Sequence record: NC_048054.1
Direction: 5' to 3' (one strand)
DNA length: 64,000 nucleotides
The first letter of the stretch is position 1; every line of letters starts with the position of its first letter. A program made the position numbers and the translations under genes. Under the pieces are notes generated by a model, which searched no databases, was not told the DNA's origin, and saw only the letters and a list, made by a program, of their open reading frames with translations. Below, one piece after another: positions 8,440 through 17,077 of the stretch.

Positions 8440-9054
8440 ATGAATCTTATCAAAACTTTCTTCGCCAAACGCTCTTACGCTTCTCTGGCTGCTGGTAACT
8501 TCTCAATTGACGCCAAGCATGTACAGGAGCTGGTCGAATGTGAGTGCATGATCGTACACGTTGACACTGGCCATCGTAATGCGTTCGCGTTAAAGAACAT
8601 CTCTATCACACCTATCGACGAGCACAACGTTCGCATTACGTTCGATCCGCTGACCGACGCACACGCAATGCCTGTGACTGTCATGCCGAAAGATTTGAAA
8701 GGCAGCATTGATGTGTACGACATGTACGTAGAAGACCTGAAAGACGTACCGCGTTTCAACGTATCAAGTGACGCGTCAGGCAACAACCCAAACATTCTGT
8801 CGCTTGACCTTGAGAGTCGCCAGCGTTTCGTTCAATACTTCGGTGGTATGTGTACGCTGACTGACCTGTGCCTGACGCTGCACGACAAAGGCATTCACGT
8901 TGTCGATATTCACCATAACGTGAAGCAGCACGATCACGGCGTTGGCGTTTTCACTCAGCGCTACCGCACGGCATTCGAACTGAACAAAGACAACGGCATC
9001 AAACGCCACAACGATGACTTCCCTGTTCTGGCGCGCATGACCGTATTAATGTAA
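8440..9054 (+). CDS. hypothetical protein
   Basis: 204-aa ORF; no motif recognised. Confidence 0.8.
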   Translation: MNLIKTFFAKRSYASLAAGNFSIDAKHVQELVECECMIVHVDTGHRNAFALKNISITPIDEHNVRITFDPLTDAHAMPVTVMPKDLKGSIDVYDMYVEDLKDVPRFNVSSDASGNNPNILSLDLESRQRFVQYFGGMCTLTDLCLTLHDKGIHVVDIHHNVKQHDHGVGVFTQRYRTAFELNKDNGIKRHNDDFPVLARMTVLM

Positions 9055-9063
9055 ACACACATT

Positions 9064-9086
9064 GCCTCGCATTGAGCGGGGCTTTT
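9064..9086 (+). terminator. Rho-independent terminator
   Basis: GCCTCGC-ATTGA-GCGGGGC then TTTT. Confidence 0.65.
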
Positions 9087-9102
9087 CTATTTGGAGAATG
9101 CT

Positions 9103-9363
9103 ATGATTTACGAACGCGAAGAACTCGAAGACATGCCTCTCGATGTGCTTTATCATCTGGCGAGCGCCAAAGGTCTTCTGGACGATCTGGACGATGATGA
9201 CGATGCGCCTGATCGTGAAGTGCTGGTGGGCATGATTCTGGACGCCCAGAATGAAGACGAACAGGCAGAGCAAGATGCTGCCGACAAACAACGCGCCGAA
9301 GATGATCGCGACCCACGTATCAATCGTCGTGATGGTCAAGACGGCTCGGACGACTACTGCTAA
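9103..9363 (+). CDS. small acidic protein with Rho-N/HeH-like helical module
   Basis: Start revised to ATG 9103 (GGAG RBS); LEDMPLDVLYHLASAKGLL...DREVLVGMILDAQ follows the Rho N-terminal pattern L-x-x-M-x-L-x-x-L-x-x-L-A...R-x-x-L-V-x-x-I-L. Confidence 0.6.
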   Translation: MIYEREELEDMPLDVLYHLASAKGLLDDLDDDDDAPDREVLVGMILDAQNEDEQAEQDAADKQRAEDDRDPRINRRDGQDGSDDYC

Positions 9364-9367
9364 CACA

Positions 9368-9395
9368 AGGGCTGCCATTGCTGGTGGCCCTTTTT
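9368..9395 (+). terminator. Rho-independent terminator
   Basis: AAGGGCTGCCA...TGGTGGCCC followed by TTTTT. Confidence 0.75.
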
Positions 9396-9441
9396 CATTT
9401 CTGTAAATATCTCGTACACAAACAACAATGCGAGATATACA

Positions 9442-9810
9442 ATGCGCCGCTTCGTTATCGTCTTCAACGTCAGTCAGGCAGAGCTTGATGACCGCCGCTT
9501 CTTTCAGTCTAAGTTCAATATCGTTTCGTCACTGCGCCGCGCTCGCTGCGTCTTCCTCGTCGTTCGTGAAACCAAACAGGTGCTGTGTGTTTCAGAACTG
9601 ACCTATCAACCGAGCGTCGAGCCTGGCATTCGTCAGGTAGACTTCGATGCGCCGCGTGACGTAACAGCATACGTGCTGCCTTTCGCAGAACTCACCACAG
9701 CGATGATCAATAACTCGCAAGACCCGAGCATTCGTTACTTCGGCCGCAGCCTTGATATGGATATGGACCAGGCCAAACGCTTTCACACTCAACTGGAGAT
9801 TGTCCCATGA
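9442..9810 (+). CDS. hypothetical protein
   Basis: 122-aa ORF downstream of a TCTGTAAATA motif (9400). Confidence 0.75.
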   Translation: MRRFVIVFNVSQAELDDRRFFQSKFNIVSSLRRARCVFLVVRETKQVLCVSELTYQPSVEPGIRQVDFDAPRDVTAYVLPFAELTTAMINNSQDPSIRYFGRSLDMDMDQAKRFHTQLEIVP

Positions 9811-10052
9811 GTCAGACACTAGGCGCCTCGCTTGGCGCTCGCTTCGCTGTTACTTCTCAGGCCAACATTGAGAAGCGTAAGAAGCGCGATCCCAAAAACA
9901 GAACGCTGAGTTGTGCCGCTACCTCAGCGCAGCATGATGCTGTTGGTATACTGGCGAATAAACTCAACGTGTCTCGCTCTCGTGCAGTAGAGATCGCAGT
10001 TGAAGAACTGTTGGCTAAGCATGGCGTTAAGGTGCAGACCGACAATGAGTGA
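9807..10052 (+). CDS. ribbon-helix-helix (CopG-like) DNA-binding protein
   Basis: RTLSCAATSAQHDAVGILANKLNVSRSRAVEIAVEELL fits RHH beta-strand, helix A, S-R-S turn and helix B. Confidence 0.65.
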   Translation: MSQTLGASLGARFAVTSQANIEKRKKRDPKNRTLSCAATSAQHDAVGILANKLNVSRSRAVEIAVEELLAKHGVKVQTDNE

Positions 10053-10407
10053 CACGCACATCTACTGCAAGCTGTATGGCGTCCAGCACCGCTTAAAGAT
10101 CACGGCGTTCAACTTCATGAAGCAGCCGAACATGATCACGGTTGATTCGTCTGACGTGCTCAAGATGCTGCCGCTGATTAATGTCGGTGCAGCATACGAT
10201 ACGTACACGCCGTACAACGTACTCAAAGCTGGACGTGCTGACTTCAAAATCAAATTGATCGAGCGCACTGATGCGAACGTCTGGCGCTATGAGTTCGAAG
10301 ACTATCGTGGTCAACGCTTCGAAACGTACCTGATACGGAGACACTATGAAACGCCTCGGGATTGTAACGGTGTTGTCATTAAAGGACAAACAACCCAAAT
10401 CATGTGA
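10045..10407 (+). CDS. hypothetical protein
   Basis: Start revised to ATG 10045, overlapping the upstream stop. Confidence 0.75.
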   Translation: MSDTHIYCKLYGVQHRLKITAFNFMKQPNMITVDSSDVLKMLPLINVGAAYDTYTPYNVLKAGRADFKIKLIERTDANVWRYEFEDYRGQRFETYLIRRHYETPRDCNGVVIKGQTTQIM

Positions 10408-10981
10408 CCTCGATATCACGCCTGTATCGAAAGACGAAGAATGGGGCTCGCTGAGTCCCTTTCATTTAGGTCCGTGCAGAACGCCAGATGGCGTCATGTT
10501 TCACAACATGGAAAACTTGTGGCAGTACAGCAAGGTCTATGAAGAACATCTCGTCAATTCGAACGATCTATTTCACGGCGAGATTGCTGCCGACTGGTGG
10601 GCGTGGCATTTGAAAGGCAGTATGACAAAACAGGCGCATCGCTATCCTATGGGAAAAGGCCAAAAGGCTCTGTTCTCTAAATGGGGCGACTTGCGCCTTT
10701 CTTACGTTGCCGCACGAAAACAGATCTATGTGCCTGAGTACGCAAAGCTGGTGGTGCAGCAAAAGATGTTCAAACGTTTACTCAAGGAGTATAAGAAAGG
10801 CGCTCACATAGTTTTGCGCGACTATGACACCTACGATATCCAGAAGGCATATCCAGACGCACGTAGTCCCTGGATATCTGCCATTCAAAACAACAATGCT
10901 AAATTCGGACATGCGTTCGTTATTGCATTGGCCTTGCTCTTCCACGAACGACCACTATGGTACAACCAATGGGTGATATGA
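10346..10981 (+). CDS. NADAR-superfamily-like protein (putative ADP-ribose processing)
   Basis: GGAG RBS; LSPF...HNMENLWQYSKVY resembles the NADAR E-x-x-[YFW]-Q-x-x-K motif; also ARKQIYVPEY and GHA near the C-terminus. Confidence 0.5.
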   Translation: MKRLGIVTVLSLKDKQPKSCDLDITPVSKDEEWGSLSPFHLGPCRTPDGVMFHNMENLWQYSKVYEEHLVNSNDLFHGEIAADWWAWHLKGSMTKQAHRYPMGKGQKALFSKWGDLRLSYVAARKQIYVPEYAKLVVQQKMFKRLLKEYKKGAHIVLRDYDTYDIQKAYPDARSPWISAIQNNNAKFGHAFVIALALLFHERPLWYNQWVI

Positions 10982-11286
10982 AATACGAAGCCTGCATTGA
11001 TCTGTTCGAGCGTCAAGGTAACATGAACCTGCCTGTGCTTCCTAAATGCGAGCTACAGGCGACTCTATTTGATCGGTACACGAAGACGCGAATACCTGTT
11101 CGCTTCAACGCCACAAACGTGATCAAAGTTAAAGGCGTTACTTGTGGTAGTTTGCAGATCTTTGATAGCGTTAACCTTATTATCTGGTCATCGTTCGATA
11201 TTGGTCGCTTTACTTTATATATCGAACGGGTACGCAAAACAGACGAGCGCACAGAAGCCCTACAATCAGATGAACTCTGCAAATAA
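10978..11286 (+). CDS. hypothetical protein
   Basis: Start revised to ATG 10978 (ATGA overlap). Confidence 0.7.
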   Translation: MKYEACIDLFERQGNMNLPVLPKCELQATLFDRYTKTRIPVRFNATNVIKVKGVTCGSLQIFDSVNLIIWSSFDIGRFTLYIERVRKTDERTEALQSDELCK

Positions 11287-11331
11287 CTGGTCAAAATAGC
11301 CATTCTTTTTAGTACCAGTCTATGATATAAT
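11276..11331 (+). promoter_or_regulatory. sigma70-type promoter with conserved upstream element
   Basis: TCTGCAAATAACTGGTCAAAATAGC; 32 nt to perfect TG-a-TATAAT (11326-11331). Confidence 0.8.
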
Positions 11332-11361
11332 AAAAGCGAGCGCTATTGCTCAAAACAACAC

Positions 11362-11375
11362 AAGCTGAGGAGCTT
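11362..11375 (+). promoter_or_regulatory. SD-in-loop hairpin
   Basis: AAGC-TGAGGA-GCTT upstream of ATG 11379. Confidence 0.65.
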
Positions 11376-11378
11376 AAC

Positions 11379-11696
11379 ATGTCATCTTCTACTACTCTGA
11401 CTTTCATCTTCCCAGAACTGACCTCTCTGGAAGTTTCTATCGGTAACGGCGTTGTCCCCCACTATCTGGGAATTGCCGAGAACATGGACAAGACGTTTAG
11501 CGATGTTAAGGCGCTGCGTTTGATGCAAGACTCGAACGTCGTAGGCGTTATGAGCCGCTTCGATCAGTCATTGCTTAATATGCTGATCGCTCGCCACGAA
11601 ACGCACGAACATATTCGTTGTCGTGACGCCATTGAGAACGGCACCGAGCATTTCCCATCTACCTGTCTCTACCTGAAGGTAGCGCACCACCGCTAA
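11379..11696 (+). CDS. hypothetical protein
   Basis: Start revised to ATG 11379. Confidence 0.8.
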   Translation: MSSSTTLTFIFPELTSLEVSIGNGVVPHYLGIAENMDKTFSDVKALRLMQDSNVVGVMSRFDQSLLNMLIARHETHEHIRCRDAIENGTEHFPSTCLYLKVAHHR

Positions 11697-11741
11697 GATT
11701 TGTGAAGGGCCTTCGACGAGGGTCCTTTGAAAATCAAACCA

Positions 11742-11757
11742 TGTTCTGAGGAGAACA
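11742..11757 (+). promoter_or_regulatory. SD-in-loop hairpin
   Basis: TGTTC-TGAGGA-GAACA upstream of ATG 11761. Confidence 0.7.
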
Positions 11758-11760
11758 ACA

Positions 11761-12114
11761 ATGCCAGCAACTGAATTGCCTATCGACGCTCGCGCTTTTG
11801 ATGACCTGAGCAATAGCAACTTCCTGCAGGTCTGCAATGCAATCTCTTTCTGTGTGTCTCGTGGTGACCTTGAGTTTCGTCATCATATCAAAGGCCGTCA
11901 CATTGACGTTGCATACCGAGCTGGTGGCCATAACACTTTCGGTATTAGCACCATCCGCATCCTGATGCCGTCAGAAGTTCTGCGTGAAGATATCGTAGAA
12001 GACTTCGAAATCATTCACGGCGATGCAGTCATTCAGATTGAACGCCAGAAAGATTCGTTCTCGACGTTGCAGCGTATCGCTGGCGCAGTCGAAGCGTGTA
12101 TGCCTAAAAAGTGA
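11761..12114 (+). CDS. hypothetical protein
   Basis: 117-aa ORF with strong RBS. Confidence 0.8.
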   Translation: MPATELPIDARAFDDLSNSNFLQVCNAISFCVSRGDLEFRHHIKGRHIDVAYRAGGHNTFGISTIRILMPSEVLREDIVEDFEIIHGDAVIQIERQKDSFSTLQRIAGAVEACMPKK

Positions 12115-12161
12115 TTGTTGCTCGCAGGTTCTTACGAGAGCCTGCTGTCAACATAACCCCA

Positions 12162-12177
12162 TAAGCTGAGGAGCTTA
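12162..12177 (+). promoter_or_regulatory. SD-in-loop hairpin
   Basis: TAAGC-TGAGGA-GCTTA upstream of ATG 12180. Confidence 0.7.
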
Positions 12178-12179
12178 AC

Positions 12180-12584
12180 ATGAAACAATATCCACAACGT
12201 GGTCAAGTATACACGCTGAAAGAAATCGAGAACGACCTCGAACTGCGTGACAGCCCGTTCCTGCGTTTCGTCCCGCAGAAAGTGCGTTACATCGGGATGC
12301 CTGCCGGTGTGCAGGTTATCCAGCAATCTCATATTGCTAACCTGTCTGAACTCGAAGGCTGGGCAGACACTAAGTGGTCCTTCGTTCGTGAGACCGACGA
12401 GTGGATTCCACTTTTCCGCGCTGTGGACGATGCTGAGATCGAAGCGCTGTGTGTCATTGAGCCTGACGTGTCCGAGTTCCGCTCTGACAACACGTTGTTC
12501 GTTTACCCTAAAGGTACTGAGTGCAAACAGTATGACGGGTATGACGAAGAAATTCACGGTGAACTGCTGGAACGTGACGAATAG
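12180..12584 (+). CDS. hypothetical protein
   Basis: 134-aa ORF with strong RBS. Confidence 0.8.
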   Translation: MKQYPQRGQVYTLKEIENDLELRDSPFLRFVPQKVRYIGMPAGVQVIQQSHIANLSELEGWADTKWSFVRETDEWIPLFRAVDDAEIEALCVIEPDVSEFRSDNTLFVYPKGTECKQYDGYDEEIHGELLERDE

Positions 12585-12591
12585 TAAACAA

Positions 12592-12622
12592 GGGATGCCC
12601 GCATTGGTGGGTGTCCCATTTT
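12592..12622 (+). terminator. Rho-independent terminator
   Basis: GGGATGCCC...GGGTGTCCC then ATTTT. Confidence 0.75.
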
Positions 12623-12641
12623 GCATTCAAGGACTAATCCT

Positions 12642-13094
12642 ATGGAAATGTTTGATCGCTCAAACGTGATTAAAGCAATCATGCGTAACCTGAAAGATGC
12701 GCGGAGAATAGAAGACATACGCACGTTCGACGACAAGGTATACTTCAAAGTTAACGGCGTAGGCTACTTTGTCACTGGTAACTATCCTAATCTGAAAGTT
12801 GTATCTCGCGGTCAGTATGACCAAGAGATGATGAACCAACTCAACTATGTTTATAGGCGCAAGAAGGGTGTAGAAGAAGATACGCCAATGCGCATAGCAC
12901 GTACCACTCGCAATCTTACGCTTACGCAGATAGCAAAAGAGCTTGGTATGGACCCAGGCAATCTGAGTCGAATCGAACGAGGTATGCAGATACCTTCTAT
13001 GGAACTGGCGGAACGTATCGCCGCGTATTTCGATAACACAATAACAGCAATTCAAATTTGTCATCCGACTTATAAGGGGAATCCAAATGCTTGA
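12642..13094 (+). CDS. XRE/Cro-CI helix-turn-helix protein with an N-terminal domain shared with the next gene
   Basis: C-terminal MRIARTTRNLTLTQIAKELGMDPGNLSRIERGMQIPSMELAERIAAYF is a typical XRE HTH. Start uncertain (12642 or 12648). Confidence 0.8.
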   Translation: MEMFDRSNVIKAIMRNLKDARRIEDIRTFDDKVYFKVNGVGYFVTGNYPNLKVVSRGQYDQEMMNQLNYVYRRKKGVEEDTPMRIARTTRNLTLTQIAKELGMDPGNLSRIERGMQIPSMELAERIAAYFDNTITAIQICHPTYKGNPNA

Positions 13095-13626
13095 CCAAAT
13101 CACTCACATCGTCCAAGTGATGATGACCAGCCTGAAAGACGTTCGTGAAGTAGAGCAGGTTAACTTCATTGGCAATCAGGCAGTACGCTTCCGTGTCAAA
13201 GGCAAAGTCTTTGACGTGCGTGGCCACTACCCACTGTTTTCTGTTCATGAAATTGAAGGCGCTTGCATGTCTGGTTCGAAAGCTGCCTATGAAATCGAAC
13301 GCCAGATGAATGGAGGCCCGATTGAAAGCCAGGACAGCGAAGACTTCGCGCATGACTCGCACGAAGAAGCTGTGAACGACCTGCTGTGCAATCACGTTGA
13401 TAGTATGTGTGAAGAACGTGTACGCGCATACAATGAAGAATGCGGCGGTCCTGATTTAGACCCAATCAATGCGCAACGCGTTTGGTTGAAAGCGCACTTC
13501 ATTCATATCAGCGCGGAAATTCCAAGCATGTTGGAAACCGTAATGTTTATGGAAGGCAAAGAGCGTTACGAGCAACTGCGTAAAGCAATCAAAGAGATTT
13601 ACTCACCTAAACCAAAAGTAGCCTAA
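13087..13626 (+). CDS. hypothetical protein; N-terminal domain paralogous to 12642 ORF
   Basis: LKDVREVEQV...FRVKGKVFDVRGHYP versus LKDARRIEDI...FKVNGVGYFVTGNYP. Confidence 0.8.
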   Translation: MLDQITHIVQVMMTSLKDVREVEQVNFIGNQAVRFRVKGKVFDVRGHYPLFSVHEIEGACMSGSKAAYEIERQMNGGPIESQDSEDFAHDSHEEAVNDLLCNHVDSMCEERVRAYNEECGGPDLDPINAQRVWLKAHFIHISAEIPSMLETVMFMEGKERYEQLRKAIKEIYSPKPKVA

Positions 13627-13638
13627 GAGGAAATAGAA

Positions 13639-14079
13639 ATGAGCGAAATAGATATTCTGATCCGTGAGTTCGAACGGGCGTATCTCAAGTCACTGTCGTC
13701 GCCTTGGGGAAACGTTGCGTATCACGTTCACGACCTTCACCCTGAGATGAAGAACTTCCGAGTGTACTTGCGTTTTCGCACCCAGTTCCAGTGTCTCTGG
13801 AATCGCCCTGTGTTAGTGCTGTCAACTATCGACGTGACTAACCCAGGCCAAGGCGAGTTCTCGAAGTTACTCGCACGTACCAAAGAGATGTGTCGGCAAC
13901 GTGACTGGATTCTCCAGATCGAAAACGTTATAACGCCGAAGTTCAGAAAGTTTCTACAGCGTGGTGGATTCAAGCCGTTTGGTATTGACGCCGAAGTACC
14001 GTTCGGCAGTCTCTACTGGTTCCACGACGAAACAATCCCAACGCAGTGTGCAATGTACCGACAGGAGCGTTCACTATGA
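13639..14079 (+). CDS. putative GNAT-fold acetyltransferase
   Basis: VLVLSTIDVTNPGQGEFSKLL (motif A-like) followed by LQIENV and KFLQRGGF (motif B-like). Confidence 0.5.
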   Translation: MSEIDILIREFERAYLKSLSSPWGNVAYHVHDLHPEMKNFRVYLRFRTQFQCLWNRPVLVLSTIDVTNPGQGEFSKLLARTKEMCRQRDWILQIENVITPKFRKFLQRGGFKPFGIDAEVPFGSLYWFHDETIPTQCAMYRQERSL

Positions 14080-14519
14080 ATATCTGGTGGCCTTCAATCG
14101 CTATCGGCTTGTTGCCGCTCGCTACATGCTACGCCGTGTTCCCGTGGTTTCGTGCTGCCGTGAATCGCCGTCTGACATTCAAAGCGTTTGACTATGACGC
14201 GCTTGATGACATTCTCTCTGGCAATATGCCTGAGCGTTTGCGCATTAAATGTTTGCAGGCGAGCTACAGTTCGAACGATGGCGATCACACGCACGTGGAC
14301 ATTTATCCGTATAAAGAGAACACGGCCGTGATTCGCATTGCGATGGATGATGACTTCCCCATCGCCAGAATGTTTCGTGATGTATTGATCAATAACATCA
14401 CCGCACTGTGCCTGAAAGGTCGCAAGCTGCCTCTGATTACGATCAATCAATCGACGTACCAAGTGCTGGGATATCAGCACGACAACTACTATCTCCATAT
14501 TTACGTGGAGCATAAATAA
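14076..14519 (+). CDS. membrane-anchored hypothetical protein
   Basis: Start revised to ATG 14076 (AGGAG RBS); hydrophobic N-terminus IWWPSIAIGLLPLATCYAVFPWF. Confidence 0.75.
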   Translation: MNIWWPSIAIGLLPLATCYAVFPWFRAAVNRRLTFKAFDYDALDDILSGNMPERLRIKCLQASYSSNDGDHTHVDIYPYKENTAVIRIAMDDDFPIARMFRDVLINNITALCLKGRKLPLITINQSTYQVLGYQHDNYYLHIYVEHK

Positions 14520-14528
14520 GGGACTATC

Positions 14529-14828
14529 ATGGTCACCCAACAACAACTCAAAGAGTTTTCTGCATTGCCCTCTTTAGACAGGAAAGTGTTTCTGCGTAGT
14601 ATGCAAGTAGAGATGTTGGGTGCTCTCCCTGAGGTCGAAGCGATTGTGCGCGAGATGTTGTGTCGCGCCATCGTGGTAGACGTATCCCAAGCGGAGATGG
14701 CACTCCTTGCAGCACGTCAAATGTGTGAGAACAAGGACGTAAAGAAAGCCATTGACGATTTACTTTTATTCGCGGCTCGTATTCATGATGCCGCTGACGA
14801 TACCTTATTTCTTGGAGATATAGCATGA
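14529..14828 (+). CDS. hypothetical protein
   Basis: 99-aa ORF within the operon. Confidence 0.75.
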   Translation: MVTQQQLKEFSALPSLDRKVFLRSMQVEMLGALPEVEAIVREMLCRAIVVDVSQAEMALLAARQMCENKDVKKAIDDLLLFAARIHDAADDTLFLGDIA

Positions 14829-15880
14829 ACACAATTTCTGGTTCCGTAATTGATGAAGATGTTCTGGACTGGCTTGATAACTTTAGCTCGCACGACCAGC
14901 GTAAGATTGCTGACACGATCAACGCGATTGCTTATGCGCACCGTACCGAGCTGTCTATTCCAAACATGCTGCATGACGAAGACATTGCTGCACTGTCTCA
15001 TGCCGACCTGTTCACCATTCTGTCGCTCGCTGCGCCGAATGCGAAGTACGACCTCACGTTGTCTAACGTGCAACTGCTTGGTCTGGCTATGAGCGCCCTG
15101 GGCGTCATCGACTACAACCTGCCTGAGTTGAACAGCCCTATCATGATCAAACGTACCTTTGCCGACGAGCGCCGCAAAAATATGCTCGGTGGAGATAGCT
15201 CTCGTGGTGATGTGATTAAAGCACTCAATCAGTGGATATGCGGTATGCGCGATATCGACCTGACTCACGCAGGCACTGATTATGCGCCTGATATCCCAGG
15301 CATGTATTTGTGTCTCGACGAGCATGAACAGATTCGCTATGGCCGTCTGTTCCGTAACAGCAGCGATGGTTGGACATTCTGTGAATCGCACGAGAATAAT
15401 GGCGCTACTGTTTGGTATGATCGTCAGACAACGCACCTCAAGGAAGATGACCTGCCGATGACTTTGCTTAGTCATTGGGTGCTGGTGGCTGAGTGGTATA
15501 GCCCGAACGAACGTGCTGCACAAAAAGCAATCCCGATCGGTATCGTAAGCGACACACATCGTATCTTTATGTTTCTGCGTAGTCTCAGCCCGCATGTGAA
15601 AGCAGAGCTGGTAGCTCACTTCAAAGGTGTGCTTGACCATAAAGAGCCAACGTCTGTTGACGGTATTGGTCGCCTGACTGAACACGACTGGCGAACGGCA
15701 GCAATCGCAGTTGCCGATGACGCTAAAATGCCTGAGGGTGTTAAGAGCTGGTCAGAAGTAAACGCGTGGGTGTGCTTCGTTGCTGTTGCAGAAGCGCTTG
15801 GCTTTAACTTTGAAACTCGTCAGTTTGACCCGCAGTTTGACTATCAGGCAAATGACGATGCACTGGAAGAAGATGAATGA
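14825..15880 (+). CDS. hypothetical protein
   Basis: 351-aa ORF, ATGA-coupled. Confidence 0.8.
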   Translation: MNTISGSVIDEDVLDWLDNFSSHDQRKIADTINAIAYAHRTELSIPNMLHDEDIAALSHADLFTILSLAAPNAKYDLTLSNVQLLGLAMSALGVIDYNLPELNSPIMIKRTFADERRKNMLGGDSSRGDVIKALNQWICGMRDIDLTHAGTDYAPDIPGMYLCLDEHEQIRYGRLFRNSSDGWTFCESHENNGATVWYDRQTTHLKEDDLPMTLLSHWVLVAEWYSPNERAAQKAIPIGIVSDTHRIFMFLRSLSPHVKAELVAHFKGVLDHKEPTSVDGIGRLTEHDWRTAAIAVADDAKMPEGVKSWSEVNAWVCFVAVAEALGFNFETRQFDPQFDYQANDDALEEDE

Positions 15881-16086
15881 ATAGAAAGATGATTGCCTGG
15901 GCAGCTTTGGTGATCTTCTGCGTGGTGGGCGTGGTAGCTTCCACTGTCGCACTCAATCACTACAACTTCCTGTTGAGCACGTTGCTCACAATCGTATTTG
16001 GCGTTGGCCTCGTTATCTGCGTGAAGTGCTTAGACGCGGCCACATGGGATTACTGCGTTAAGAAAGGAAAAGAAAAGAATGGCTAA
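15877..16086 (+). CDS. small two-TM membrane protein
   Basis: Two hydrophobic stretches and a basic C-terminus. Confidence 0.7.
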   Translation: MNRKMIAWAALVIFCVVGVVASTVALNHYNFLLSTLLTIVFGVGLVICVKCLDAATWDYCVKKGKEKNG

Positions 16087-16612
16087 ATCACTTGGCGTTT
16101 ACCTGACGTATATCTTGCGTCATAAGCCACAAGATATCGGCATCGCAATGGACACTCAGGGTTGGGTGTCTGTGCATGAGCTGCTTGAGAAAGCGCGTTA
16201 TGTAAAACCAGTCACTCTGGAAACACTGACCGCCGAAGTGGAGTCAGACAACAAAGGTCGATTCGAGTTCAACAAAAACAAAACGCGCATACGTTGTGTT
16301 CAGGGTCACTCGGTTGAGCATGTGCTTTTGAACATGCAGGAGTGGACAGACTGGTCGCCGTTGTATCATGGTACGGCAGAAAAGAACATCTCGTCTATTC
16401 AGCATGACGGCATTCTAAAACGCAAACGCAAGCACGTCCATCTGAGCAACGATCTCGAAACTGCTCGACGTGTTGGTCAACGTCATGGCGTACCTGTTGT
16501 GTTCCAGATTGATACACTGTCCATGATTACTCACGGCTATAAGTTTTACCGTGCGGAGAACGGAGTCATCCTGACCGAGTACGTTCCTTCCCGCTACATC
16601 CGACTGGTGTAG
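16079..16612 (+). CDS. kptA: RNA 2'-phosphotransferase (Tpt1/KptA family)
   Basis: YILRH, GWVSV, DNKGRF, IRCVQGHS, LYHGT, RKHVHLS, VVFQID and FYRAENGVILT: all hallmark Tpt1 motifs are present. Confidence 0.95.
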   Translation: MAKSLGVYLTYILRHKPQDIGIAMDTQGWVSVHELLEKARYVKPVTLETLTAEVESDNKGRFEFNKNKTRIRCVQGHSVEHVLLNMQEWTDWSPLYHGTAEKNISSIQHDGILKRKRKHVHLSNDLETARRVGQRHGVPVVFQIDTLSMITHGYKFYRAENGVILTEYVPSRYIRLV

Positions 16613-16614
16613 TT

Positions 16615-17028
16615 ATGGAGAAGACGTACATGACACACTGGGGATCGCGCTATGTGAGATCTCCCACAGGCAAGTGGTACTCGGTTCATGGGCGTGAGGG
16701 TGCATGGGTAACGAATCGCTACGGCACCTCATTCTATCGTAGCGGCTCCGAAGTATGGCGAGACATATCTCCTGCCTCTTGTAGGAATCTGGAGCGTGAG
16801 TTACTCAAACGAACTCGCAGTGACTTCAAGGATAGTAAGAACAAGTACAATCAGTGGGGCAAGGTAGTGCTGACGATTGCTCGTCAGTCAGAAGAAGAAA
16901 AGAATCCCCACACGTCAGAGCTTGCTGAGATGCTCGAAGCGCTTAGACAGACTTTCTACGGACAGAAGGTACAGCAACTAAGCACAATTCTGGACGAAAT
17001 AGGTCTTACAAGCAGATATCGTTCGTGA
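16615..17028 (+). CDS. hypothetical protein
   Basis: 137-aa ORF. Confidence 0.7.
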   Translation: MEKTYMTHWGSRYVRSPTGKWYSVHGREGAWVTNRYGTSFYRSGSEVWRDISPASCRNLERELLKRTRSDFKDSKNKYNQWGKVVLTIARQSEEEKNPHTSELAEMLEALRQTFYGQKVQQLSTILDEIGLTSRYRS

Positions 17029-17077
17029 TATAATAGAGATGAACGCTAGACACTCGTTTAGCTACTTACATGAGGAT

